From: a virus
Taxonomy: Duplodnaviria > Caudoviricetes
IMG/VR virus record: IMGVR_UViG_3300034020_000605
Location: 1 to 38,688 of that record
Strand: one strand, 5' to 3'
DNA: 38,688 bases
Of the stretch, positions 20,883 to 30,607 are shown piece after piece. The position numbers were made by a program, and so were the translations under genes. Every line of letters begins with the position of its first letter. Positions within the stretch are counted from its first letter, which is position 1. Below the pieces are notes generated by a model. It worked only from the letters and a program-made list of their open reading frames with translations, searched no databases and was not told the origin of the DNA.

Positions 20883-20954
20883 CCTTCGTCCTTCGTCCTC
20901 GTCCTCGTCCTCGTCATCGATTCCCCATTTCAGCATTTCAGCTTTTCAGCTTTT
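20883..20954. repeat. Intergenic short tandem repeats (CCTCGT)n and (CATTTCAG/CTTTTCAG)n
   Basis: CATTTCAG family recurs at 21296-21315, 23931, 29865 and 32176-32211. Confidence 0.85.
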
Positions 20955-21293
20955 CTTCTCCGGCGTCCATCCCCTCCCATCCCACTCATGCCACACGCCC
21001 TTCATCCACCGCAACTTCACCTTCCCAAATCTGTTCTTCCGGCCATTCGCGCTATCGCCATCCACCGGCCGTCCCCCCCGCAGATGCGGATACAGCCGCT
21101 TCTGGTCCCGCCAGTACTCCCGTCCCTCATGCCCCAGTATCGCGCGCCCCTCGGTCTGCACCGCGTGCATAAACGCCGCCTGGTCCACCACGCACTGCCG
21201 CCCGTTCTTCCGCGCGTCCTTAGCGATGTCCCGATTCATCCGCTCATCTTCGTGCCGCAACGTCGTCAACTGATCCTGCGTGATCATACCCAC
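20946..21293 (-). CDS. Hypothetical basic protein
   Basis: 115-aa ORF with genome-typical codon bias (alternative ATG 21287). Confidence 0.65.
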   Translation of the reverse strand: MGMITQDQLTTLRHEDERMNRDIAKDARKNGRQCVVDQAAFMHAVQTEGRAILGHEGREYWRDQKRLYPHLRGGRPVDGDSANGRKNRFGKVKLRWMKGVWHEWDGRGWTPEKKS

Positions 21294-21330
21294 CCCATTT
21301 CAGCTTTCAGCTTTTCTCTTCTCTCTCTCC

Positions 21331-21361
21331 CTCACAGCCTCACAGCCTCACAGCCTCACAG
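21331..21361. repeat. (CTCACAGC)n octamer repeat; second array at 30380-30412
   Basis: About four tandem copies at each of two gene junctions. Confidence 0.9.
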
Positions 21362-21676
21362 ACTTCTCCGGTTCGCCTCGCCCACCAGCTCCAGCAGCGC
21401 CCCCTCGATCCTGCCGGCCGCCCCCAACGCCCCGCACTCCTCCCGCACCTGCGCATCCGTCAGCCCCCTGGCCCCGGCGCCCGCCAGCGACTTCTGCGCC
21501 CGGGCCCCCTCCGCCCTTATCACATGCACCGCCACCTTCAGCATCGCGCCATCCATCGGCCCCGCCGCCAGCCCCAGCAGTTGCTCCTTCGTCAGCGGCC
21601 CATACCGGTCGGCCTTAGCCTCCGCCTCCTTCACCCTTCCCCAGCGTCCCATCGCCGCCAGTATCCTGTTCTTCAT
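21356..21676 (-). CDS. Hypothetical protein coupled to the portal gene
   Basis: ATG 21676 overlaps the portal stop (ATGA) with GGAGG RBS. Confidence 0.65.
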   Translation of the reverse strand: MKNRILAAMGRWGRVKEAEAKADRYGPLTKEQLLGLAAGPMDGAMLKVAVHVIRAEGARAQKSLAGAGARGLTDAQVREECGALGAAGRIEGALLELVGEANRRSL

Positions 21677-23859
21677 GCCGCCTCCGGTCCGGTTCCGGGC
21701 GCCGCCCCGGCGCCCGCGATCCCAGTACGCCCCACCTCCACATTCGCCCCATACTGCGTCGCCTGCTGCTCCAGCCCCTTCAGCCACTGCCCCAGCATCG
21801 CCTTCTTATCCTCGCCCATATCCGCAAACACATTCGGGTTCTGCTGCCCCAGTTGGTCATACCACTGCCGCCGCAGTTGATAGTTCCAGTTCCCATCTGT
21901 ATCCAGCGTCGGCATCACCCCCGCGCGCAGCATCGCATAGTTATTCGCCTCATCCTTCAGCTCATCGCCATCCGCCTGCCGCACATCCCGCACCGCATCC
22001 TCCGCCATATACGGGAAGACACTCCTAAAAGCCGCCTGCGCCACCACCGCCGTATTGATCGTCTTCCCCTGGTCCATCGTCATGATCATGTCCCGCACCA
22101 CCGTCAGCCGCTTGCTCGTGTTCTCCAGGTCCAGATCCGCCGGATCAAACACCAGCCTCACATCAAACTCCCCAGCGATATCCTCCCGACTCCGGATCTG
22201 CGCATCCCCCGCCGCATCCGTCACCCGCGCCAGCAGCTCCTCGCTCGCATACTGCCGCGCGATCGCCAGCATCATCCGGCAGATGTCCCGCACGTGTACT
22301 AGAAACCACACCACCGCCGCCTCGCGCTTCGTGGCCGCCCCCAGCCCGCCGTCCGCATCCTCGGCGTTGACCCTCCCATGCGTCCAGTCTCGCAGCCGTT
22401 CAAGCTGCCGCTCCACCTGCGTCCCCTGCGTCGGCGCCTGCGGACCCCTCATCGCCTCAAACTTCGCATCCCGCTTGCCCCTGATCACCTTCAGCGGCTC
22501 CAGGTACGCATCGCCGTGCTGCTCGATCCCCACACTCAAGATCGGCGGCAGACTCCAGATCGCGTTCGCATCCGTCCCATTGTCCACGATGCTCTTCATC
22601 GCGCTCTGCAACGGCGACACCTTCTCCGGTATCCCCGCCGCATTCAAGATAAAGCCGTCATACACATCCGTCTGGTACACCACCGCCGGCCATTCCCCAT
22701 GCGCGTCCCGGATCAACCGCCGCCCATACGCCGTACCCTCCACCCCCGTGTGGAACACCGTCATATACCGCGCCGGAGTGTCATCCTCATTCAGCCCGAT
22801 GTAATACGCCGTCACCACCTGATACAGCCCCTTATACCGATCCGTCCCGACCGCACACAGCGAGCCGCCCGCATCCGCCCACTCGCTGAAACACGTCTCC
22901 CCATCATGCTCCAGCACCCCCTCGACAAACCCCTTGTTCCATCCCTCCGCCTGCCGCTGCCGCAGATCCTGCTCCGTCAGCCATTCCGTCGCAAACCACG
23001 GCGTCGCCGTCTCAAAGCTCTTCGAATTGTCAGGGATTATAAAGTCATCGCCATACCGCATCGCCCGCACCCTTGGCCCCTCATACGTCGTGATAGGGTA
23101 GGGGAACTCCGCCGCGCCATCCTTGCGCATCTGCCGCACGATCTTCGCCGCCCGCGCCGGCCGCAGATCCGGGAAGAATTGCAGCACCATCGAAGCCATC
23201 TCCGCTTCGCCATCCTCACTCTGCAACAGCGCCACCTTAAAATCTTCAGCCGCCTGCGCCACCATCTGCGGGTCAGCCCCGCCGCCCTGTGCCGCCGCCT
23301 GCGCATACAGCGCCGCCAGCTCATCAGCCGTCACCGTGCGCATCTCCGTGCCCATCTTCACGGTCCACTCCACGCCCATCATCGCCACGGCCGGAGAATC
23401 CGCCCAGGCATAATTCAGCGCCACCATCCACTGCCGCAGCCACTCCTTGCCCATCCGGTCAATCATCCACCGCAACAGCGCCGTCGCCTTCCGCGCCCGT
23501 TCCGAGTCACCCTTGCCACGGCCCTCGCAGCGCGGCTGCGCCCGCTGCATCGCCACCATCATCAGCTCCACCTTATCCGACACCAGCGCATCAGCCCACC
23601 GCACCCGCTGATCGCTCGCCCCCTCAAACGGAGACGGCCTCACGCCCCCAAAGTTCCGCGACCACATCCGCCCATCTGCGCTCTGCCCATTCCACCGGCA
23701 ATGCCGCGCGTTCTCCGCATCCAGCCGCCGCTGCCAAAACTCCTCGCTACGGCTATTCCACTGCGCCGCCGCCGCCTTCAGCCCCAGCAACTGCTCCTCA
23801 GTCACCGCCCCGTCTCCGCCGTCAGCCCCCGCGTCGTCATATTCCAGTGGTTTCGGCAT
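21673..23859 (-). CDS. Portal protein (podovirus/P22-like size)
   Basis: 728 aa, mostly helical, N-terminal RWNGQSADGR...PFEGASD segment; the only portal-sized gene in the head module. Confidence 0.7.
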   Translation of the reverse strand: MPKPLEYDDAGADGGDGAVTEEQLLGLKAAAAQWNSRSEEFWQRRLDAENARHCRWNGQSADGRMWSRNFGGVRPSPFEGASDQRVRWADALVSDKVELMMVAMQRAQPRCEGRGKGDSERARKATALLRWMIDRMGKEWLRQWMVALNYAWADSPAVAMMGVEWTVKMGTEMRTVTADELAALYAQAAAQGGGADPQMVAQAAEDFKVALLQSEDGEAEMASMVLQFFPDLRPARAAKIVRQMRKDGAAEFPYPITTYEGPRVRAMRYGDDFIIPDNSKSFETATPWFATEWLTEQDLRQRQAEGWNKGFVEGVLEHDGETCFSEWADAGGSLCAVGTDRYKGLYQVVTAYYIGLNEDDTPARYMTVFHTGVEGTAYGRRLIRDAHGEWPAVVYQTDVYDGFILNAAGIPEKVSPLQSAMKSIVDNGTDANAIWSLPPILSVGIEQHGDAYLEPLKVIRGKRDAKFEAMRGPQAPTQGTQVERQLERLRDWTHGRVNAEDADGGLGAATKREAAVVWFLVHVRDICRMMLAIARQYASEELLARVTDAAGDAQIRSREDIAGEFDVRLVFDPADLDLENTSKRLTVVRDMIMTMDQGKTINTAVVAQAAFRSVFPYMAEDAVRDVRQADGDELKDEANNYAMLRAGVMPTLDTDGNWNYQLRRQWYDQLGQQNPNVFADMGEDKKAMLGQWLKGLEQQATQYGANVEVGRTGIAGAGAAPGTGPEAA

Positions 23860-23886
23860 ATCCCATCCCCCTCGCGCCGCCTGCTT

Positions 23887-23923
23887 AAAAGCCCGCCCCC
23901 GGTTCCCGGTCCGGGGGCGGGCT
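23887..23923 (-). terminator. Rho-independent terminator after the capsid-adjacent gene
   Basis: AGCCCGCCCCCGG / CCGGGGGCGGGCT stem followed by a T run on the minus strand. Confidence 0.75.
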
Positions 23924-23977
23924 GCCCCCGCATTTCAGCATCAGCGAGCGTAGCGAAGCTAGCGCCCGCTTCCACCC

Positions 23978-24640
23978 TCAGTCATTTCCCGGCGTCCAGA
24001 TCTTCAAAAACAGCCGCACGCGCCCACTCTCCAGCTCCGACAGCGACCGCGACACACCCGGCGATCCAAACGTAGTCACGATCGCCACGTTCGCCGTCTG
24101 TTCCTGTACCAGCGGACTCCCCACCGTCACCGTACTGGTCCCCGTCACCCCCGAGACGAAGTAGACGGTCGATGTCGCCACCCCCTCCACTCCGTTGGTT
24201 GCGATTACCGTTGACACCACCTTATTCGTTGTGGCCGTCAGCGTCACCGTAGCCGTCCCCGAGTAGTCCGCGCCGAAGCTCGTCCGTACCTCCGTGCCGT
24301 CCGCGGCCACCTCCTTACTGTTCAGCCAGCCCGTAGTCGCGGCCCCGGCGCCACAGCTCAGCGACATCGTAAACGCATTGGTCACAGTCACACTGTCAAA
24401 CGCCGTATCCAGCAGCATCCCGGCAAACTCCACGCTGGCCGGTGCGCCCACGGTGTTCGTAAACACCATCGCCGTGTTCGTCGCCGTCTGCGTCAGGTCC
24501 TCATGCGTAAACTCCAGCACATGCGTCGCGCCGTACTTCACGCCCATCTGCCACGGCAACGGCCGCAACACCGGCGCCGCACTGGCCCCCATCGCCAGCA
24601 CCACCCACACACACACCCACATACCCACATACTTCTTCAT
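23978..24640 (-). CDS. Capsid-adjacent beta-rich protein (decoration/spike-like) with apparent signal peptide
   Basis: ATG 24640 after AAGGAGG; MKKYVGMWVCVWVVLAMGASA; Thr/Val-rich; ends LESGRVRLFLKI; directly after the capsid gene. Confidence 0.6.
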   Translation of the reverse strand: MKKYVGMWVCVWVVLAMGASAAPVLRPLPWQMGVKYGATHVLEFTHEDLTQTATNTAMVFTNTVGAPASVEFAGMLLDTAFDSVTVTNAFTMSLSCGAGAATTGWLNSKEVAADGTEVRTSFGADYSGTATVTLTATTNKVVSTVIATNGVEGVATSTVYFVSGVTGTSTVTVGSPLVQEQTANVAIVTTFGSPGVSRSLSELESGRVRLFLKIWTPGND

Positions 24641-24690
24641 CCATTCCTCCTTCGTTCCACACCCACACACCCACACACCCACACACTCTC

Positions 24691-24730
24691 AAAGCGGCCA
24701 GCGCCGGGCCTCTCCGCCCGGCGCCGCCGC
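24691..24730 (-). terminator. GC-rich hairpin after the capsid gene (weak terminator or mRNA stabiliser)
   Basis: GCGCCGGGC / GCCCGGCGC stem, extendable, followed by TTT on the minus strand. Confidence 0.55.
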
Positions 24731-24735
24731 TACGT

Positions 24736-25758
24736 TCACGATCCGATGAGCGCCCGGATCTGCCCGCCGGGATACTTGCACACCAGCCGCAGCCAGCCCT
24801 TGTGGAACCCGCGCGGACCGCCGCCCTGGTCCAGCAGCGCCATGTGCTTCCACGGCTCCAGCCATTCCAGCGTCCACATCGCCATGTCCAGGAACACGCC
24901 CGAACGGGTCGTGTAGGCGGTCGCGGCGTTGTCGGCCGCCAGATCGCACATCATCCGGCGCTGCAGGATGGTCTTGACGGAAGCCCCGTCAAAATCAAAG
25001 AACGTCACCTTCCGGATAATCCGCTTCTCGTCCTGCTTGCTCACCAGTTGGCGCGTGCTGGACTCGCTGGCCGCCGTGACCGGCACCTTCTGGCCCCAGT
25101 CCGACATGTGCTGGATCAGCGCGCTACCGCAGTAGCCCACCAGATCCACGTCGCGCCCGACCACCTCGCCGGCCAGCCGCAGTCGTGCGGCAAACTCGTC
25201 CTCGGTGAGCGCCGCCAGCGTTCCGGCGTAGTTCTGCCCGGCCGTCGGCCGGCACGCCTCGGGCACCGGATAAGTGTCCTGCTCCGCGTTGTCCAGCCAA
25301 CTGAACACACTGCGCGTGCGATCCTTGCTGTCCTCCGCGTCGCCGCCATTGGCCGTGTCCTGGTTGCCCAGCAGCATGTCCTGCACCGAGAGCAATCCCG
25401 ACGCCGCATCCTTCGCCCGCTGGTCGGCGGCCGCCTGCTTGCCCTTCACGCTGGCGGTATCCGTCAGCTCGGCCAGGTCCGTCACCAGGTAGCCCGGCGA
25501 CTCCACCCGCTGCGCATACACGCGCAACTGCTTCGGGATGTGCTTCGCAAAGCCGGTCGATTTGTCCACGCCTTCCTGGCCCGTGGGGTCGCCCGAGCGC
25601 GTCGGCATGTCCACATCCCACTCCGCCAGCTTGTTGGCGACCGCCGGACCGTGGCCCAGCAGCGTCAAGAAAGCGGCTTCCATGTTGATCGCGTTGAGCA
25701 CGCCCTTCAGGTATCCAGGCATCTTCAACTGTTTGTCCGCATCATAAAGTCCTGCCAT
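24736..25758 (-). CDS. Major capsid protein (DUF5309/SU10-like, HK97 fold expected)
   Basis: 340 aa after a scaffold-like gene; EW.VD...EGVD N-terminal pattern, LLDQGGGPRG...LVCKYP C-terminus; more C-ending codons than its neighbours; followed by a hairpin. Confidence 0.75.
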   Translation of the reverse strand: MAGLYDADKQLKMPGYLKGVLNAINMEAAFLTLLGHGPAVANKLAEWDVDMPTRSGDPTGQEGVDKSTGFAKHIPKQLRVYAQRVESPGYLVTDLAELTDTASVKGKQAAADQRAKDAASGLLSVQDMLLGNQDTANGGDAEDSKDRTRSVFSWLDNAEQDTYPVPEACRPTAGQNYAGTLAALTEDEFAARLRLAGEVVGRDVDLVGYCGSALIQHMSDWGQKVPVTAASESSTRQLVSKQDEKRIIRKVTFFDFDGASVKTILQRRMMCDLAADNAATAYTTRSGVFLDMAMWTLEWLEPWKHMALLDQGGGPRGFHKGWLRLVCKYPGGQIRALIGS

Positions 25759-25791
25759 CGTCTCATTCCCTTCTTGCGTTCCTCGACTGTC

Positions 25792-26664
25792 TCAGTCGAA
25801 GTCGCCGTTTGCTATGGCGAGCGCGAGGTCGTCCCTGTCCTTTATCCCATCCCCGCTCTTCTTCGTCGGCGTCGCGGCTCCCGGCCTCGGCTTCGCGCCG
25901 CCCGCTGGCAGCGCCGTCCGTGCCGGCACAGGTGGTACAGGCAGCTTCGGCTTGCCCGTTGTGCCGCCAGCGCCCGCCGCCTCTGCGGCCTTCGCGTTCG
26001 GCTTCCACCCCGACTTCTTCGCCTGCATCCCCAGCCGGATCAGCTCAGCGGTTTCCCGCTTCACCCGCTCGATCAGCGCCGGAACCTCCGCCAGTTCCTG
26101 TATCCGCTTCTGGTGTTGCCGCCGAAAGTCCCGCACCTGCGCCCGCGTGTACGTCCGTTCCCCGATCGTGAGTTCGGCTTCCGCGTCCGTGTGATCCTCC
26201 AGCCACTCGCTGAAGACCTCCACCGACCGATTCGCCTGCTCATACTGGTCGATCCGGGCCGCATCACCCTTCGCGATCAGATCCGGCAACAGCCCCGCAG
26301 CGCCCGCCGCCCGCATCACCGTCTCATCGCCCAGCCGCTCCACCCGCTGCTTCAGCTCATCCCGTTCCGCCTTCACGGCATCCCGTTCATCCTCCGCAGC
26401 CTTCCGCCGCGCCGTCAGCGCCCCGATCCGCTTATTCACGGATTCCTGCTGCTTCTGCGTCAGATTGTGGTCCACCGGCTCCCCGTCGTCTTCAGCGACA
26501 GGTACGACCTCGCCCTCGCCATTTTCATCAACTTCATCACCAGCGCCATCGGCACCCGCCTCAGCGCCCTCTTCGATCACTGCATCCTCGACGACTTCGG
26601 CCGCTTCCGCACCCGGGACGCCTGCCCCGTCAGCATTTTTGCCACTCATGGTTTTACGCTCCAT
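25792..26664 (-). CDS. Capsid scaffolding protein
   Basis: Acidic N-terminus, coiled coil (VNKRIGALTARRKAAEDE), Pro/Lys-rich tail; directly upstream of the capsid gene. Confidence 0.75.
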   Translation of the reverse strand: MERKTMSGKNADGAGVPGAEAAEVVEDAVIEEGAEAGADGAGDEVDENGEGEVVPVAEDDGEPVDHNLTQKQQESVNKRIGALTARRKAAEDERDAVKAERDELKQRVERLGDETVMRAAGAAGLLPDLIAKGDAARIDQYEQANRSVEVFSEWLEDHTDAEAELTIGERTYTRAQVRDFRRQHQKRIQELAEVPALIERVKRETAELIRLGMQAKKSGWKPNAKAAEAAGAGGTTGKPKLPVPPVPARTALPAGGAKPRPGAATPTKKSGDGIKDRDDLALAIANGDFD

Positions 26665-26709
26665 TTAGCGTTCCGGCTTACCTTCCAGCCCTTCCCCCCG
26701 CCGTAAAGC

Positions 26710-26773
26710 AAAAGGCCGTGCAAGAGTATCCCTCTCACACGGCCATCAAACACCCGATCCCGTTTCCTCGCAA
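26710..26773 (-). promoter_or_regulatory. Putative promoter followed immediately by a terminator-like hairpin upstream of the scaffold gene
   Basis: Minus strand TTGCGA-17 bp-TTTGAT then GGCCGTGTGAGAG-GGATA-CTCTTGCACGGCC-TTTT. Confidence 0.45.
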
Positions 26774-26881
26774 CCCCCTCCTTGTCTATTCCTCCCTATT
26801 CCTCCTCATTCCTCCCCGATCCTCCACTATTTGCCCACCGCCAGCCGCGCACACACCGCCAGCGTCAGCGAGCGCAGCGAG

Positions 26882-29119
26882 CTAGCGCCCACCCCTCCAC
26901 ACCATCCGCGCCCCTCTTGCGCCCGTTCCCGTCACCACCCCGCCCGCCCTCACTCGCACCCCGTCCCCACCCACTCCCACACTCCCATCCCCACACACTC
27001 TCCCCGTCACCCTCACCTCCATCCCCATCCGCACCTCACCCCCCGCCGTCCGCCGCGCCACCGTCACCGCCTGCGCCGCGCCCCTGGCGTCATTCCCCCA
27101 GATCCTCGCCACCTCCAGCGGGTCCGCCCCCGCACACCGCGCCAGCTTCAGCTCATAGAAATACCGCATCAAGTCAATAAAGTCCTTCACCGCCCCCTTC
27201 ATCCCATCGCCGCCCGTATACGTCGCCAGCGCAAACCGCATATTCCGGCAGCTCTCCGCCACATACAGGCACGGCGGCCGCTCCAGCGAGCCATCCCTCG
27301 CCGCCGCATAATCCAGCGCATCCGCGATCATCGACAGCCCCCCACTGATCGGATTCCCCGGCGCCGTATTCCAGTCCCATCCCCCCAGCCGGTTCCATTG
27401 ATCCAGCAGCGTCACCTCTCCGGCATTCTCCATCGCCGCCCGCCCAGCAGCCCGCGAGTCCATAAACCGATCCGCGATCCGCTCCCTGGCCCCCCGCGCC
27501 TCATCCCACTCCTCCAGCTCCTCCTCATCCGGCAGCCCGATCCCCTCCGCCACATCCCGCGCATCCCGCCCCTTCATCCACACATCCCAATCCCGCCACC
27601 CCTCCAGCCGCGCCACCTCCAGCTTCATCCTGCAGAAACCAAACCCAAAGCTCTCACTCCCCTCATCCCGATCCCCGTCATTCCACCCCTTGTTCCTCCC
27701 GCTCGGCTTCGCCCAAGGCCCCGGCACGCCCACGCCCGGGATGCTATAGCTCCCCGGCCACTCCCGATACACATAATCCGCCGTCGGCGTACTCCGGATC
27801 CAGATCAGCGCATCATTCCGCGCCCCCGCCGGATCAGCGAAGCAATAATTCACCCCCTCCTTCGGCACCTGGTCATCCGGTATCACATGCACCAGCTCGT
27901 TATACTTCGCCAGCACACTACTCCGGCTCTTCACCGGTATCCCGTAAAGGATCGTCCGGATCCGGTCCGCGCCCTTATCGCTCTCCCTGGCGATCAGTTC
28001 ACTCGGCGTCCCATACGGATTATCCCGCGTATGAAACCACACCACCGCCCGCCGCCCGTCAAAACACAGCGCCACCCGCGGCGCCCGCTCAAAGTCACGC
28101 CCCTTTGCCTCCTCCGGCTCCTCCTCCTTCACACCCTCCAGCCACCGCACACAATCCTCCGGACGGCTCGCCGGCACCGTCGGCACCCGCCCGGCCGCCA
28201 CCTCCTGTTCCCTCCGCGTCCACTCCTCCCGCGTCAGCCCCACCGCCAGCCACGGCAGTTGCGGCCCCCCATCCCTCGGCAGCAGATACGCGGGCGCCGA
28301 CCGCACCACCCGCGCCCCATCCAGAAACCCCTTCACCACCGCCGTATACCCATCAATCGGCGTAAACGTCAGCAACTTCTTCCCCTTCCGACTCGCCAGC
28401 CGCCGCCCCAGCTCATCATCCCAGTTTATCGGGATCAACTCATCGCCCCACGCCCACACCGTCTCACACCCCACCAGCGCATCCTTCGGATCCTGCGAGT
28501 AAAACTTCCCGATCACCTTCGTCTTACTCGGCAGTTGATACTGCGCCTCACTGAAGCCCTTCAGATCCTTGTAATGCACATACCAATCATCCCCCATGTG
28601 CTTCTGCTTCCACTCCGCCGGCATATACCGCCACAGCCGCGGCTGCACCGTCATCGCGCTCAGCCCAAACTGCTGCGCAAGAAACAGCACCGTCTCATTC
28701 TTCACATTCACCGCCACCCGCTGCGTACTCTTCGCCCCAAACTCACTCTTCGCACACCGGTTCGCGCCCAGCACCAGCAGATCCACCACCGGCTCCTTCA
28801 CCCCCAGCCGCTCCCGCAGCCTCCGCTTCCACACCTCCCAAGCATCAGCCTCCGGCACCCCCAGCCGTGCGGCCAGCGCCCGCGCCGTAGACTCCTGGCA
28901 CCACGGAAAATCCATCAGCGCCCACGCCACCCACCAGACACTCGGCTCCCAGCCCAGCCGGAACGGATCATCATTCACCGCCTTTATCCACCGTTCCCGC
29001 TGCTCCAGCAGCGCCGACGCAGCCTGCACCCGCGTCATCCCCTCCCGCAGCGCATGCCTCTCAATCGCCCCCGCATCCGGCCCCACCCACCAATTATCAC
29101 TTGTCCAAGCCATATCCAT
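26882..29119 (-). CDS. terL: Terminase large subunit
   Basis: Walker A-like LGANRCAKS, Walker B WAWGDE, coupling motif LLTFTP, nuclease CFADPAG ... YVYREWP ... KDFIDLMRY (alternative ATG 29113). Confidence 0.9.
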   Translation of the reverse strand: MDMAWTSDNWWVGPDAGAIERHALREGMTRVQAASALLEQRERWIKAVNDDPFRLGWEPSVWWVAWALMDFPWCQESTARALAARLGVPEADAWEVWKRRLRERLGVKEPVVDLLVLGANRCAKSEFGAKSTQRVAVNVKNETVLFLAQQFGLSAMTVQPRLWRYMPAEWKQKHMGDDWYVHYKDLKGFSEAQYQLPSKTKVIGKFYSQDPKDALVGCETVWAWGDELIPINWDDELGRRLASRKGKKLLTFTPIDGYTAVVKGFLDGARVVRSAPAYLLPRDGGPQLPWLAVGLTREEWTRREQEVAAGRVPTVPASRPEDCVRWLEGVKEEEPEEAKGRDFERAPRVALCFDGRRAVVWFHTRDNPYGTPSELIARESDKGADRIRTILYGIPVKSRSSVLAKYNELVHVIPDDQVPKEGVNYCFADPAGARNDALIWIRSTPTADYVYREWPGSYSIPGVGVPGPWAKPSGRNKGWNDGDRDEGSESFGFGFCRMKLEVARLEGWRDWDVWMKGRDARDVAEGIGLPDEEELEEWDEARGARERIADRFMDSRAAGRAAMENAGEVTLLDQWNRLGGWDWNTAPGNPISGGLSMIADALDYAAARDGSLERPPCLYVAESCRNMRFALATYTGGDGMKGAVKDFIDLMRYFYELKLARCAGADPLEVARIWGNDARGAAQAVTVARRTAGGEVRMGMEVRVTGRVCGDGSVGVGGDGVRVRAGGVVTGTGARGARMVWRGGR

Positions 29120-29149
29120 CTCCAGTTCTGTGCAGCGCGTTCACGCGCC

Positions 29150-29836
29150 CTATTTCAGCCTCTCCAAGTTACTCTTCACCCTCACATCCACGCCCAGGCC
29201 CACCAGCTCCGCGATCAGCTCCATCACCTCCGCCCGCGTCGGCTGCGGCAGCCCCGGCGTACTCTTGCTATCCGCGCCGATGTTCACCCACCTCGGCCTT
29301 GCAGCCGCAATCGCCTTCGCAAACCCCGCCGTAAAAGTCAGCACCGGCTCGATCGTGATAAACACCGGCTCGTTCCTCTCCGCAAGTATCCTACACGACT
29401 CAAGCCTCGTCAACGGGTGCGGCGTGTTTCCAACGTGCGTGATGTCACTCTCCACCGTCACCCCCAGTATCCAGTTCGGCGGCCTATATCCATACATGCG
29501 CCCGAGTGCTACTGCCGGGTTCTTCGTCTGCATCACATACCGGTTCTCCGGCCACTGGAGCATGTGTTCAAAGATCCGCCACACCCACTCGACCTTCACC
29601 CCATCCGCAAACAGATCATTCGTATGCTCCACGAATATCACCTTCCCCTTGCCATACCGCACCTTCAGCTCCCGCTCCTCGATCCGCAGCGGCCCTTGGT
29701 GCGCCTGCGATCCAAAGCGCCTGTCGATACTCTGCACGTAGCAATACGGGCACCTGTGCAGACACTGCCCGCGCAGATGGCTATGCACATGCGTCACCCA
29801 CTCATACATATTCCCCGCCGCCTTCGTCATACTCAT
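29150..29836 (-). CDS. DUF5131 / phage Gp37-Gp68-like radical-SAM-type protein
   Basis: CLHRCPYCY (CxxxCxxC), IFVEHTNDLF, QTKNP, ILGVTVES, FITIEP, WVNIGADS. Confidence 0.8.
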   Translation of the reverse strand: MSMTKAAGNMYEWVTHVHSHLRGQCLHRCPYCYVQSIDRRFGSQAHQGPLRIEERELKVRYGKGKVIFVEHTNDLFADGVKVEWVWRIFEHMLQWPENRYVMQTKNPAVALGRMYGYRPPNWILGVTVESDITHVGNTPHPLTRLESCRILAERNEPVFITIEPVLTFTAGFAKAIAAARPRWVNIGADSKSTPGLPQPTRAEVMELIAELVGLGVDVRVKSNLERLK

Positions 29837-29892
29837 CCCATCCTCCATTCCATTTCCAGTTTCCCATTTCAGCGTCAGCGAGCGCAGCGAAG

Positions 29893-30321
29893 CTAGCGCC
29901 CCGTTATCTCCACCACCGTGCGCCCAGGTCCCTGCCAGCAGCCCGGCCCTGTCTTCGTCCAGCCCGCTTTCAGCCGCCCCTCCTCGATCAGCTCCTGCAT
30001 CCGCCGGTACAGGGTCTTCGGCGTCGCCTGGCGCCTGGTCTCCTCCGCCTCATACATCCGCTCCAGCTCCGTCCACTCCCGCACCAGCGGCCCCCACTCC
30101 TTGTGCCGATCCGCAACCTCCTGCAACCGCTCCCGCCACGTCGGTATCAGCTTCAGCAGCCTATAGCACCGCCCAAAGTCATCCGGGTCCCCCGGCACAT
30201 CTCCGCAGTACGGCGGCGTTTTCGCCCCCGCCATAACCGCGCATATCGTCTTACTGCTCATTCCCGTGTCCCCGCCCAGCAGCCACTGTAGCGCCGCCGC
30301 CCTCTCGTCATTCATACTCAT
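29893..30321 (-). CDS. Conserved-looking phage hypothetical protein
   Basis: QWLLGGDTGMSS...PGDPDDFGRCYRLL...W; ATG 30321/30315 after GGAGG; stop codon lies inside motif B. Confidence 0.7.
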   Translation of the reverse strand: MSMNDERAAALQWLLGGDTGMSSKTICAVMAGAKTPPYCGDVPGDPDDFGRCYRLLKLIPTWRERLQEVADRHKEWGPLVREWTELERMYEAEETRRQATPKTLYRRMQELIEEGRLKAGWTKTGPGCWQGPGRTVVEITGR

Positions 30322-30332
30322 CCCATCCTCCA

Positions 30333-30371
<39 letters not shown>

Positions 30372-30418
30372 CATTCTCCCTCACAGCCTCACAGCCTCAC
30401 AGCCTCACAGCCTTCTCC

Positions 30419-30607
30419 CTACCCCTGCCAACCCTCCTTCACCCCCAGCGCCTTTGCCACCTCATCCGCCCTGTAATACTTCCCCCTCTCATACCCCTTC
30501 ATCTTCGCCGGCAGCAGCACCCCTCCCTCCCGCAGCCGCCTAAACATCCACGCCGTCACCCCCAGCCTCTCCACGATCTCCCGCCGTGTCACAAACACCT
30601 TAGCCAT
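30419..30607 (-). CDS. Small winged-HTH protein, excisionase/MerR-like
   Basis: 62 aa; VTRREIVERLGVTAWMFRRLREGGVL...YYRADEV; AAGGAGG RBS. Confidence 0.7.
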   Translation of the reverse strand: MAKVFVTRREIVERLGVTAWMFRRLREGGVLLPAKMKGYERGKYYRADEVAKALGVKEGWQG

